Shown here: positions 1 through 8,544 of the stretch, piece after piece
How positions within the stretch are numbered: the stretch's first letter is position 1
Layout of the letters: every line of letters starts with the position of its first letter
Assembly: GCF_035285525.1 (NCBI RefSeq)
Contig: NZ_JAYKGW010000058.1
Span: 19,438 to 51,437 of the forward strand
Source: Okeania sp.
GTDB lineage: Bacteria > Cyanobacteriota > Cyanobacteriia > Cyanobacteriales > Microcoleaceae
Direction: 5' to 3'
DNA: 32,000 nt
The notes under the pieces: generated by a model
Database searches by the model: none
The model's input: the letters and a program-made list of their open reading frames with translations, nothing else
Told to the model about the DNA's origin: nothing
Program-made: the position numbers and the translations under genes

Positions 1-20
1 TCTAAAATGGTGTATGGGGT

Positions 21-80
21 AGGGGCGGGTTTTATCAGAAATTTTCATGCTGACTCTAAGATTTACATAAACCCGCCCCT
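21..80. repeat. Hairpin repeat with 12-bp perfect arms AGGGGCGGGTTT / AAACCCGCCCCT around a ~36-nt loop
   Basis: Arms read directly at 21-32 and 69-80. A sister copy lies at 104-163. Confidence 0.7.
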
Positions 81-103
81 GGGACGTTGGCTTACATAAT
101 AAG

Positions 104-163
104 GGGGCGGGTTTAGCTGACTTACTTATGAAAACTCGTTAACTCACTTGTTAAACCCGCCCC
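104..163. repeat. Second copy of the GGGGCGGGTTT / AAACCCGCCCC hairpin repeat
   Basis: Arms at 104-114 and 153-163, tandem to the copy at 21-80. Confidence 0.7.
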
Positions 164-330
164 TACGTCTCCTGATTCCCTAATGCACATTTTTAGATGA
201 AACGGTAATGACAATTTTCGATTTAATATAATTTGTGAGAAAAAACTGTAGGGGTTTGGTCTCCTTTCCCCAACTACCAAGGTATATGAAAGGAAGCAAT
301 CTTAGGGGTGCGCGGAGATTGCTTCGGGGG

Positions 331-395
331 TAAGTATATTTTCCCACAAAAGTTACTTGTGCTAAACACCCCTCGCAATGAAAATTTTCCATTTA
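331..395 (+). repeat. 65-bp direct repeat, copy 1
   Basis: TAAGTATATTTTCCCACAAAAGTTACTTGTGCTAAACACCCCTCGCAATGAAAATTTTCCATTTA. A near-identical copy lies at 554-618. Confidence 0.7.
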
Positions 396-553
396 TTAGT
401 AAATAAAAAAGACTGTGCTTGTCCGCAGCGAGGCGGTAATATTAGACTCAAGTTTAATTAGTAAGAGTCAACTTAGCCGTAGGCGAAGCCTTCTCTTAGA
501 GTAGCAATCTCTACTCTGTAGATTATCTGGTAGTCTATTTTTTTGCTACTCCC

Positions 554-618
554 TAAGTATATTTTTTCACAAAAATTACTGCTATTAAACACCCCTCACA
601 ATGAAAATTTTCTATTTA
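554..618 (+). repeat. 65-bp direct repeat, copy 2, probable 5' leader of the decayed ATPase gene
   Basis: Same 65-bp block with a handful of mismatches. It ends about 40 nt upstream of the ATG at 658. Confidence 0.65.
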
Positions 619-657
619 AAACGACATAATCATAATAATTAATTTTCTCCATCCTCC

Positions 658-960
658 ATGAACACAAAGTCAAACCAAAATCACCAATATCAAGTAGGAG
701 GAAGTTTACCTCTTGATGCTCCTAGTTATGTCAAACGACAAGCAGATTAAAATCTTTATCATGCCCTCAAATTAGGATAGTTTTGTTATGTGTTGAACTG
801 CCGACAAATGGGAAAATATAGTTTAATGTTACGGACTAAGGCGAGATTAGAAAAAGAAGGGTTTGCCTGTGCTGCAATTGATTTAACTAATGTGGGTATT
901 CAAGAAATTAATGCCAAGCAATTGTATCGGGGTATTAGACCTCTCCAAAATAGAAATTAA
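658..960 (+). pseudogene. N-terminal fragment of an AAA-like (AAA_35 / STAND-type) ATPase, two in-frame stops, truncated
   Basis: My translation: [75 protein letters not shown]. The [15 protein letters not shown]..FCYVLNxRQMGKSSL N-terminus is common in large cyanobacterial ATPases (from memory). Stops are TAA 748-750 and TAG 778-780. The Walker-A Ser is Tyr. The frame ends about 957, next to the IS relic. Confidence 0.6.
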
Positions 961-1001
961 GGTAAAATTATAGTGGCAAATTATATATATGCTGTCCCAA
1001 A

Positions 1002-1906
1002 ATGAATAATGTATTAGAATATATTTATAATCATCCACTCATAAACAAAAAGGATTATTGGTATTACAGATAAACAACTCATAAAATTAATAGAAAATGC
1101 TCAAAAAGTTGAAGAAAAAAAAGACAGGCGATCGCCAGTGAAGAAAAAAGATTAATCAAGGCAGGAGGAGGAAGAAAAAAGTCTTTAGGCAAGGCAGAAG
1201 AGATAATGTTGACATTATATTATTTGCATCATGTACCAACCCGATCAACTACTAGGAGCAATCTAAGCGAGTTAGTGAATCAACAGCAAATAATATTTTT
1301 CGCGCTTTGGCTCGATATTTTGAGGGAATTATTACCACCCTTGTTTACTAGAGGAATTCTCGGGAAAAGAAAACGAATATTTATGGATAAAAGAAGCTTT
1401 GACAGAAATAGAATTGATAGTTGATAGTACTTCGTGCCGTATATATTCAGGCCAAAAAATGATGAAAAACAGAAAAAATATTACTTAGGAAAGCCAAAAA
1501 GTCATGACTGTAAAAATCAAATAGTAATCACTAGCTTTGGGAGAAGAAATAGTTGATGTAATAGTAGGAGAAAAAGGTCCAGAGAGTGATATAAATTCCC
1601 AAGCAAAAACCACAAAAAAAGTTTAATAAAGAACAAAGATTTCCAGGAGATAAAGGTTATCAAGGTGGGGAAAGAATTGACACGCCAAAGAAAAAAAAGA
1701 AACCAGAAAATCTCAGAAAAAGTCAAGAAAGAGAATCAAAAAAAAGCTCAAAAAAGAATATTTGTAGAACATGTAATAAGACTGATAAAAATATGCGCGA
1801 GTAGCACGAGAAAGATTCAGATTAAAAGAGAGTAACCCGTGAAAAAGTAATTTTAACAATATGTGGTTTAGTGAGATTAAGAATGGGAACAATAATGTTA
1901 AGATAA
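1002..1906 (+). mobile_element. Decayed IS5-family (HTH_Tnp_4 + DDE_Tnp_4 / Harbinger-like) transposase gene, multiple stops and frameshifts
   Basis: Frame-hopping translation gives MNNVLEYIYNHP.., ..RLIKAGGGRKKSLGKAEEIMLTLYYLHH.., ..WLDILRELLPP.., ..ELIVDS.., ..GEKGPESDIN.., ..FPGDKGYQGGERIDTPKKK.., ..RIFVEHVIRLIK.., ..VILTICGLVRLRMGTIML*. Track ORF 1206-1424 is one surviving piece. Terminal inverted repeats not identified. Confidence 0.6.
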
Positions 1907-2007
1907 ATCATAAATTTAGGTCTAGTAAAAAGCAATAAATAATTACATAAAAATGGTAAATAATTAACAATAACTATATGTAATACTATAAATCTCATAA
2001 AAAATGA

Positions 2008-2109
2008 CTATCTGGAGGAGCTGGCGATCGCTCTCTCAAAGATAGTTACAGTAAGTGCTTGATAATTTTTGGAGATGTCTATTTTAGTTAGGTCATATTC
2101 TGGTTTCAT
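2008..2109 (-). pseudogene. Short relic of a BrnA-like antitoxin gene
   Basis: Reverse strand reads ATAAAAGT ATG AAA CCA GAA TAT GAC CTA ACT AAA (MKPEYDLTK...). The 5' end and leader at 2085-2118 nearly match 12405-12440, the start of the other BrnA-like gene. The reading frame degenerates after about 20 codons. Confidence 0.3.
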
Positions 2110-2264
2110 ACTTTTATAGCGCGTAGGGCTAGGGAATAGGGAAGAGGGAACAATAGAATATCAGTCTGATTTGCAATCGGTAGAGGGCGAATGCCATTCG
2201 CCCCTACAGATGCTGTATATTTTCTTACGTTGCGTAAGTCCCGATGAATAACGAGGGAGGAATC

Positions 2265-2505
2265 AACCGACCCCTAACCCCTCCCAGGAGGGGAAAAGAA
2301 GGAGCAGTTTTTTTTTGCTCACTAGACATCTTCAAAAATAAAACAGGACTTACGCAGATACTGTATATATAGCGTCTAAAACTATTGTACAATAGTTTTT
2401 GAAATCTATATATAGTACCTTTGCGTAAATCCTGTAAAAAATAGAATCAATTCTTATCCATAAATCATCAATCACTCCCCTCCTGGGAGGGGTTGGGGGT
2501 GGGTT
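2265..2505. repeat. Composite inverted repeat: 30-bp arms (AACCGACCCCTAACCCCTCCCAGGAGGGGA and its complement) enclosing a palindromic AGGACTTACGCA...TGCGTAAATCCT element (2345-2433)
   Basis: Arms at 2265-2294 and 2476-2505 match 27/30 as reverse complements. The inner element is itself a long palindrome (AAAACTATTGTACAATAGTTTT core). Confidence 0.7.
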
Positions 2506-2535
2506 CCCTATTCCCTGTTCCCTATTCCCTCTTTT

Positions 2536-3576
2536 CTAAAGAATCCACTTAACTGCGTTCAACACTCCCTGTTTGACTGGAGAGCGATGAGGACTGCCAC
2601 CACTAGAACTCAATACATTTTCTCGATTAGCCAAATACCACTCATAGCTCTGAATCAACATTTCGCTGTTAGAATATTGTGGCTGCCAACCCAGTTCTGT
2701 AGTAGCTTTGGAAATATCAAAATACATCTCTCCACCGTATAACATGGCGTGATATATTCCCAAAGGAGAAACCCCTAGAGCGCTAGTAGCTTTCATTGCC
2801 CAAATTGTCGGTTTGGCTGGTAGTCCTTTAACTATAGAACCAGTTTTGGCGTGCTGACAAAGTGCTTCTAGGAGCGCCCGCATTGTGCCAAATCTGTCTG
2901 TACCACAGTTATAAAGTTCAGAACCGGGGCGACTTGCTGCTAAAATGCACGCTTCAGCAAGATCGTCAGAATGAACAAACTGATAGCGATTGTCACCTTT
3001 TCCCAAAACTGGTACATTATAGCCTTGGCGAATCCACTCGAACAGAATTTGAAAAATTCCTAACCTACCATGGCCTAACATTGTGCGGGGACGGATTATG
3101 GAAACATCTAACCCCTGCTGAATATAACTTTTGCAGAGATGCTCACCTTCTAGTTTAGCTTTACCGTAAGCTTCTAGTGGCTTAGGGATGTCAGCTTCTG
3201 TGACAGGATTTTTCTTGGGTATGCCAAAAATTGAGCTAGATGAAGTATAAACGACTTTTTTAACACTATTTGCCAGGGCTGCTGCTAACACATTTTCTGT
3301 TCCTTGAATATTTACAGAATTGAATAATTCTTTATTTTTAGCCAGTGGAACTTGGGCAACGCTGTGGTAAACTACATCTACATTTTGGCAGGCAGCTTTG
3401 ACGGCTTCAGCATCTCGAATATCACATTGGAATAGCTTAACATTGGCGGGGCGATCGGGTGCATCAATTATATCTAGGATACTGCAAGATATCCCTTTCT
3501 CCAGCAGCTTTTTTACTAAAAGCGAGCCAAAATATCCAGAGCCACCAGTTACTAAAGCAGAAGACATAACATTCAT
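2536..3576 (-). CDS. NAD-dependent epimerase/dehydratase family protein (extended SDR)
   Basis: 346-aa ORF with an N-terminal Rossmann motif VTGGSGYFGSLLVKKL and YxxxK as YGKAKLEGE. Typical length for extended SDRs. Confidence 0.85.
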   Translation of the reverse strand: MNVMSSALVTGGSGYFGSLLVKKLLEKGISCSILDIIDAPDRPANVKLFQCDIRDAEAVKAACQNVDVVYHSVAQVPLAKNKELFNSVNIQGTENVLAAALANSVKKVVYTSSSSIFGIPKKNPVTEADIPKPLEAYGKAKLEGEHLCKSYIQQGLDVSIIRPRTMLGHGRLGIFQILFEWIRQGYNVPVLGKGDNRYQFVHSDDLAEACILAASRPGSELYNCGTDRFGTMRALLEALCQHAKTGSIVKGLPAKPTIWAMKATSALGVSPLGIYHAMLYGGEMYFDISKATTELGWQPQYSNSEMLIQSYEWYLANRENVLSSSGGSPHRSPVKQGVLNAVKWIL

Positions 3577-3598
3577 AATTTTTTACCTCAATTAAATT

Positions 3599-3705
3599 AG
3601 GGAACAGGGAACAAGCAATAGGGAACAGGCAATATGTAACAGGGAACAGGGAATAGGCAATAGGCAATATGTAACAGGGAACAGGGAATAGGCAATAGGT
3701 AACAG
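3599..3705. repeat. STRR-like heptamer array (GGGAACA / GGGAATA / GGCAATA units) with a 35-bp higher-order unit repeated twice
   Basis: Read directly. It begins 23 nt upstream of the SDR start codon at 3576. Track ORFs 3464-3667 and 3597-3782 are artefacts of this array. Confidence 0.8.
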
Positions 3706-3711
3706 TTTACT

Positions 3712-3801
3712 GTAGGGGTTTGGTCTCCAAACCCCTTGGCGCTTTGGTTGGGAAACCAAACCCCCACAATAAAATCTGACAACCTATTTAGGATTGCGAT
3801 A
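3712..3801. repeat. Dispersed ~60-90-bp element GTAGGGGTTTGGTCTCCAAACC...ATAAAATCTGACAACCTATTTAGGATTGC(G/T)ATA
   Basis: Related copies at 17556-17616 and 31781-31870, a 5' fragment at 246-264 and a 3' fragment at 3826-3868. Confidence 0.7.
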
Positions 3802-3903
3802 ATTAGAGATATAGCAGTTTTCAGTAGGCCCTACCATAAAATCTGACAACCTATTTCAGATTGCTATAATTAGAGATAGTTTTCATTATCAATTATCAAT
3901 TAC

Positions 3904-3990
3904 ACGACTTACGAAAGCCACTATATATAGTCTTGGTGCGTTACGAAGTGCGCTAACGCACCCTACCAATAGCGTTTATGGGTAAGTCCT
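3904..3990. repeat. Degenerate member of the palindromic AGGACTTACGCA...TGCGTAAGTCCT MITE-like family
   Basis: Ends ACGACTTACGAA ... TGGGTAAGTCCT. Internal GGTGCGTTA..GCGCTAACGCACC stem. Confidence 0.55.
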
Positions 3991-4010
3991 AAATTATTAA
4001 TTATTAATTA

Positions 4011-5063
4011 TTAATTATTAAACATCCATGTCAAACTACGACGCATTCCTTCTTCTAAGTCAATCATGGGTTGATAACTTAGCTCTCGTTGCGCTTTGAC
4101 GATTGAGCAAGCAATGGTTTTGTTCATCTCGGAAAGTACATGAATTTTCTGGTGATAAACCCCTATTGCTTGCAGACTTCTGTCTACCAGCAAGGCTAGT
4201 TCGCTGACGAAACTAGGTAGCTTCAGGCGCGTGTGGCGACAGATTTGATGAAATTCTGTTTCTAAGAGATTTTCAACTGTGTCAACCACTTCATTCATGG
4301 TGTAAGGCCGTTCATCTGCAATCCAATAAGTTTCTCCCTTAGCTCTGGGAGTAATCCCTGCTAAAATCAGCCCTTGACAGAGATTTTCAGTATAAGCCAT
4401 CGAGCGCAAATTGTTACCATCACCAACTATTGGGCATTTGCCGGTTCTAATCATTTCAAAAAATAGTGTTTGCCGTGGTGGCTGATGGGGACCATAAAAC
4501 CAAGGGGCACGGATAATAACGGTTTCTAGTTTGCCAGCATCAAAGAAAGTCTTAATAGCTAACTCCATCTGCATTTTGGATTTTCCATACCCCATGTATG
4601 GGTTATAGGGAGAACTTTCATCAAACCGATGATCGGAATGAGGATTGCAACCACAAGGAGAGTTAGAAGACATGACGACTGCTCGTTTAACCGAGGCACT
4701 ATGGGCGGCTGCCAGAAGATTCTCAGTTCCCCTAACGTTCACCTGATTAAAGTCATCAATTTTTTGGGGATGGATTATTCCTGCTGTATGAAACAAAATA
4801 GCCCCTTTCGCACCCTGACAAAAGCGATCGCAATCTTCTGGATTACGCAAGTCTCCCGATACTACTTCTATTTTTTTTGAAAGTGCTTTTAGAGGTTTCT
4901 CATCAGTACCTGGTAACACAAAACAGCGAATCGTGAGGTCTGGTTGTGGATTTTTCAGGGCTTCACAGTCGGGCAATCCGGCAACCAGTGCCTTAACCAG
5001 ACTATATCCTAACCAGCCATTAGCTCCGGTTACTAAAACTAAAGGTGTATCAAAATTCATCAT
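4011..5063 (-). CDS. NAD-dependent epimerase/dehydratase family protein (extended SDR)
   Basis: 350-aa ORF with VTGANGWLGYSLVKAL Rossmann motif and YGKSKMQME (YxxxK). The ATG at 5063 lies 1 nt after the stop of the upstream GMC gene. The last codons and stop fall in an AT-rich TTATTAA heptamer run. Confidence 0.85.
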   Translation of the reverse strand: MMNFDTPLVLVTGANGWLGYSLVKALVAGLPDCEALKNPQPDLTIRCFVLPGTDEKPLKALSKKIEVVSGDLRNPEDCDRFCQGAKGAILFHTAGIIHPQKIDDFNQVNVRGTENLLAAAHSASVKRAVVMSSNSPCGCNPHSDHRFDESSPYNPYMGYGKSKMQMELAIKTFFDAGKLETVIIRAPWFYGPHQPPRQTLFFEMIRTGKCPIVGDGNNLRSMAYTENLCQGLILAGITPRAKGETYWIADERPYTMNEVVDTVENLLETEFHQICRHTRLKLPSFVSELALLVDRSLQAIGVYHQKIHVLSEMNKTIACSIVKAQRELSYQPMIDLEEGMRRSLTWMFNN

Positions 5064-5064
5064 T

Positions 5065-6540
5065 CTAGCTCTCTTCTAAAAAATGTAAAGCATTTCGTCG
5101 GGCAATAGCCATCACAGAACCTTGAGGATTTACTCCCAGAGCAGTACAGAGCAAACTGGCATCAGCAACATACAGATTTTCCTGTCGATGAACTTTACCA
5201 AAAGAGTTGGTTGCACATAACTCTAAGTTTTCTCCCATAGGGCAAGATGAAAACAAGTGAACTGTCATCAGACTGGTATCTGAGGGAAGTTGTTCGGGTA
5301 ACTGCTCTATGTCAGCTAGTGTAGTTAATCTGGTTGCTTTTGGTAGCAGTGGAAATATGGCTTTAGCTTTGGCAGCTATTAATAACCGACATAGATTTTT
5401 CAAGCCACTAGCTAATACCTGCAAATCATCAGAGGGCAGATTGTAACGCACCAAGGGATCGTCAAAGCCTGGCAAACAACGAACAGTACCTCTACCTGTT
5501 CCCTTTAGGGCAGCATAGTAAATGTTCATATTTTGCCAGTACTGATCGACTTCATGGGTGTATTCAGGATAATCCAACATGGCTAGTTGTAGGTAGGGGA
5601 GCGAACTGATAGAACCTCCAAAACTTAGCTTTGGTGCAAACTCTTTAACCTGATGCACAGCTACATCCAATTGTTCAGAGCTAACGGGTTCTGAAAATTG
5701 AGCAACAACTTTGACGGTGGGGTGCATCTGTAGGGCGTTACCTATATTGCGAGTGATGCCACTACGACGTAGCAATGCTGGTGTTTGTACTGCTCCAGCA
5801 GCGATAAAAACTGTTTTGGCAGTTATCTTAATTTGGTATGGGGAGGAACTATTGGTATAAAGTCCTTGGAGAATCCAGCGATCACCGAGACGACGGAGCT
5901 TTTTTATTTTAGTGTTGGCGAGAATTTTACCCCCTGTGCGCAGCATTTCGGGAACATAAGTTTTCGTCATAGATTGCTTAGTTCCCTTGAAAGCAACACT
6001 AGGGTCGTTATTTGGTTCGTACTTAAACCAACGGGGTACTTCCTGGGAGTCCCAACCAAGCTGAGTTGCACCTTCCTGCAATTTGAGAGATGCGAGGGAA
6101 GGTTTATCGGGTAGATAACTAACACTAACGGCATTTTCGCAGGCTTCATAGTGGGGAGCAAGTTCTGCTTCTGTCAGCTTTTGCACCTGAAATTTTTCTT
6201 GCCAGTGAGCTAAGACATCGGAAGGAATGCGGTGATAAAGCCCGCTATTGACTTCGCTGCCACCACCGACACATCTGCCCTCAACATACTGAATTTTGGG
6301 ACTGCCAAACGCAACAGTAAGACCGCGATTCCGATATTTTTGCACCATCTCTTCCTGAGAAAAGGGGGTACATGATTCCAAAGGCAAATAAGGACCTTCT
6401 TCAATCAGTAAAACGTCGAGTCCAGCTTTGCTAAGAGTTGCAGCCGTAACCGCTCCCCCAGGGCCTGAACCAACAATAGCAACTTCGCAGTTGAGAGCAG
6501 TATCTGGCTCAGTGAGAATGTTTTGTTCGCATACTGTCAT
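5065..6540 (-). CDS. GMC-family FAD-dependent oxidoreductase
   Basis: 491-aa ORF with VAIVGSGPGGAVTAATLSKAGLDVLLIEEG (FAD beta-alpha-beta), HLFSSCPMG and a C-terminal NLYVADASLLCTALGVNPQGSVMAIARR typical of GMC C-terminal domains. Confidence 0.85.
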   Translation of the reverse strand: MTVCEQNILTEPDTALNCEVAIVGSGPGGAVTAATLSKAGLDVLLIEEGPYLPLESCTPFSQEEMVQKYRNRGLTVAFGSPKIQYVEGRCVGGGSEVNSGLYHRIPSDVLAHWQEKFQVQKLTEAELAPHYEACENAVSVSYLPDKPSLASLKLQEGATQLGWDSQEVPRWFKYEPNNDPSVAFKGTKQSMTKTYVPEMLRTGGKILANTKIKKLRRLGDRWILQGLYTNSSSPYQIKITAKTVFIAAGAVQTPALLRRSGITRNIGNALQMHPTVKVVAQFSEPVSSEQLDVAVHQVKEFAPKLSFGGSISSLPYLQLAMLDYPEYTHEVDQYWQNMNIYYAALKGTGRGTVRCLPGFDDPLVRYNLPSDDLQVLASGLKNLCRLLIAAKAKAIFPLLPKATRLTTLADIEQLPEQLPSDTSLMTVHLFSSCPMGENLELCATNSFGKVHRQENLYVADASLLCTALGVNPQGSVMAIARRNALHFLEES

Positions 6541-6562
6541 GTCAATTTTTCCTGGCTCACTT

Positions 6563-6842
6563 TAATAATTAATAATTAATAATTAATAATTAATAATTGA
6601 TAATTAGGGTTTACTGATTAAATTTCCAACCAATAATAAATTCTGAATTATCTAATCTAATAGATATCTCCAGAAATCAAAAATTCCATCAATTATCCTA
6701 CATAAATTATCAATTTAATAATTAATAATTGATAATTAGGTCTTACTGATTAAATTTCCAATCAATAATAAATTCTGAATTATTTAATAGATATCTCCAG
6801 AAATCAAAAACTCCATCAATTATCCTACATAAATTATCAATT
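6563..6842. repeat. Tandem duplication, two units (6563-6715 and 6716-6842), each an AT-rich TAATAAT heptamer run followed by ~110 bp of unique sequence
   Basis: GATAATTAGG(G/T)(T/C)TTACTGATTAAATTTCCAA..AATAATAAATTCTGAATTAT..ATAGATATCTCCAGAAATCAAAAA.TCCATCAATTATCCTACATAAATTATCAATT occurs twice in tandem. The array lies directly upstream of the GMC start (6540). Confidence 0.8.
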
Positions 6843-6933
6843 ATTTCTTCCTATTGCCTATTGCTGATTAGACATCTCTAAAAATTAAAAATATAATCAA
6901 TTATTATCCATAAATCATCAATTACTCCCCCCC

Positions 6934-6971
6934 GTTCCCTGTTCCCTGTTCGTTGTTCCCTGTTCCCTATT
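6934..6971. repeat. STRR-like heptamer array (GTTCCCT units)
   Basis: GTTCCCTGTTCCCTGTTCGTTGTTCCCTGTTCCCTATT read directly. The flanking TTATCCATAAATCATCAAT.ACTCCCC block also occurs at 2455-2480. Confidence 0.75.
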
Positions 6972-7014
6972 TTCTGGAGATACCTATTGCCTATTCCCTC
7001 TTGTATAGAAATAT

Positions 7015-7362
7015 CTAATTATTAATTATTTGATAATAACTAAATATGGTTAAGCTTTCGTAAAATCTTATCAAGTCACGACAAACTCTCAGAGGTGACA
7101 TTTTCCAAGTTGCTATCTGATTAACTCGAATAGTCGGTGGAAGTTGATGAAACCTTTTGCCTCGTCTGATGATTGAGCAAAAATCAAAAATAGCCGTGAG
7201 GATAAACAGGGGTAGTTTTAGATAGTCAGGCATATTTCTATATTGTGAGCTGACAAACTCAACAACTTGATTATTAGGGAAGTGTAACAGAGGCTGATGT
7301 TTCTCTGAGTGTTTATTAATAAATGTATAACAAAGTGCAGATATAGTTGGTTCAAAATTCAT
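7015..7362 (-). CDS. Hypothetical 115-aa protein with one hydrophobic segment (LKLPLFILTAIFDFCSII)
   Basis: ORF co-oriented between the UbiA-like and GMC genes. I recognise no family. The C-terminal codons run into an AT-rich repeat. Confidence 0.5.
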   Translation of the reverse strand: MNFEPTISALCYTFINKHSEKHQPLLHFPNNQVVEFVSSQYRNMPDYLKLPLFILTAIFDFCSIIRRGKRFHQLPPTIRVNQIATWKMSPLRVCRDLIRFYESLTIFSYYQIINN

Positions 7363-7548
7363 TGTTAAATTAATTTTTATAGAAACATTCTGATGAATTG
7401 AGAAAATTGAATTAAATTAACTAAATAATACCATGTCCGGTAGCATCGTTTGTGTATAAAACTAAGATGACAATGGGAGAAAACCTTCTGCCTCCTGCTT
7501 TCTTCCTTCTGCCTTCCTTCCAGCAAAGTCTAATTATTCAACCGCAGA

Positions 7549-8544
7549 TTATATAACGCCTTGACTGTTGAGCCAAAGTGTCAAAGTGCAAGTTATTAGC
7601 CAAGCAATTATTGTATATTGAATATGCTCATCGGAAAGTAACACTCGATCGGGAACTTCTGTCCTGTGGTTGACTGCCTTAACTTTTTCCGGCTTTTCCT
7701 GTAACTGATGAACCTTTACTGCGGAGTCACCTAAGAGCTGATATCGGAAGATACCGTACATGACAAAGGGTAAGGTAATGCTCATCCAAGGAGTTGGTAC
7801 TTCACAAAAATCAGAACTGCAATTCCAGCCAGAACTCCAAATAGCATAACTCATAACTGCTCCTGTTGCTACAATACTTTCCATACGATTGAGCAGTGGT
7901 AAAGAATATACTTTGAGAACCTCGCGGGTAATGACTTTTCCTTTGAGTTGCAAATTGTGTAACTCTGCCTTGCGCTTCTCAATAGCTAAGAACAGAGCCA
8001 GCATTGCTATAAATATTAAAAACCATGGGGAGGGATATATATTAGTGACGATAAACCCAGCGCCAGCTCTTAAAACAAATCCACTAGCGATACAAGCAAT
8101 ATCCAATAGTGGCATTTCCTTAAGCTTTAAATTGTAGGCAACCTGAATCAGAGAGTAACAGGTTAGCACTGCTCCCAGGGATAAGCTGCAAAACCAGCTA
8201 AAACTCAGGGTTACTAATAGAAACAAACTGGCCATAGTTACAGCAATGGGTACACTGATATGTCCCGCTGCAATCGCCCGATTGCACTTAACTGGATGCT
8301 GACGATCTGACTCTAGATCTTTGACATCATTTAACAGGTAAAAACTGCTAGATACTATACAAAATAGACAAAATGCTATGAGAGTAGAGGAAAAAGAATT
8401 AATATTTATCTGAAAAGCAAAAAGTGGTGCAGCGAAGACCAACAAATTTTTTGTCCACTGGTTCGGTCTTAATGCCATGAAATAAGTTTTCAATGTCCCA
8501 TCTTTGATGGATAGACTATTATTACAAGTCATTTGTTCAACCAT
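7549..8544 (-). CDS. UbiA-family polyprenyl-phosphate phosphoribosyltransferase-like membrane protein (decaprenyl-phosphate phosphoribosyltransferase family)
   Basis: 331-aa polytopic ORF with ALRPNQWTKNLLVFAAPLF, the Asp-rich motif NDVKDLESD, then RQHPVKCNRAIAAGHIS. From memory this resembles the Rv3806c-type subgroup rather than quinone or chlorophyll prenyltransferases. The start could also be an internal Met. Confidence 0.75.
   Translation of the reverse strand: MVEQMTCNNSLSIKDGTLKTYFMALRPNQWTKNLLVFAAPLFAFQININSFSSTLIAFCLFCIVSSSFYLLNDVKDLESDRQHPVKCNRAIAAGHISVPIAVTMASLFLLVTLSFSWFCSLSLGAVLTCYSLIQVAYNLKLKEMPLLDIACIASGFVLRAGAGFIVTNIYPSPWFLIFIAMLALFLAIEKRKAELHNLQLKGKVITREVLKVYSLPLLNRMESIVATGAVMSYAIWSSGWNCSSDFCEVPTPWMSITLPFVMYGIFRYQLLGDSAVKVHQLQEKPEKVKAVNHRTEVPDRVLLSDEHIQYTIIAWLITCTLTLWLNSQGVI

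Noticed and set aside
1517-1726. 69-aa minus-strand ORF inside the IS relic, and the 70-aa ORF at 180-392
   Set aside because: 1517-1726 is antisense to recognisable transposase remnants and is low-complexity (Phe/Leu-rich from A-rich DNA). 180-392 spans repeat fragments and hairpins with no coding signal.
3464-3782. Track ORFs 3464-3667 and 3597-3782 (minus) and 3398-3595 (plus)
   Set aside because: The first two translate heptamer STRR arrays (repeating PVP/CLFP strings). The third is antisense to the SDR N-terminus. None has independent support.
6563-6842. Possible CRISPR arrays (also 29168-29259 and 31572-31747)
   Set aside because: There are only two or three units. The units are contiguous tandem duplications without unique spacers of constant length, and no cas genes are present in the window.
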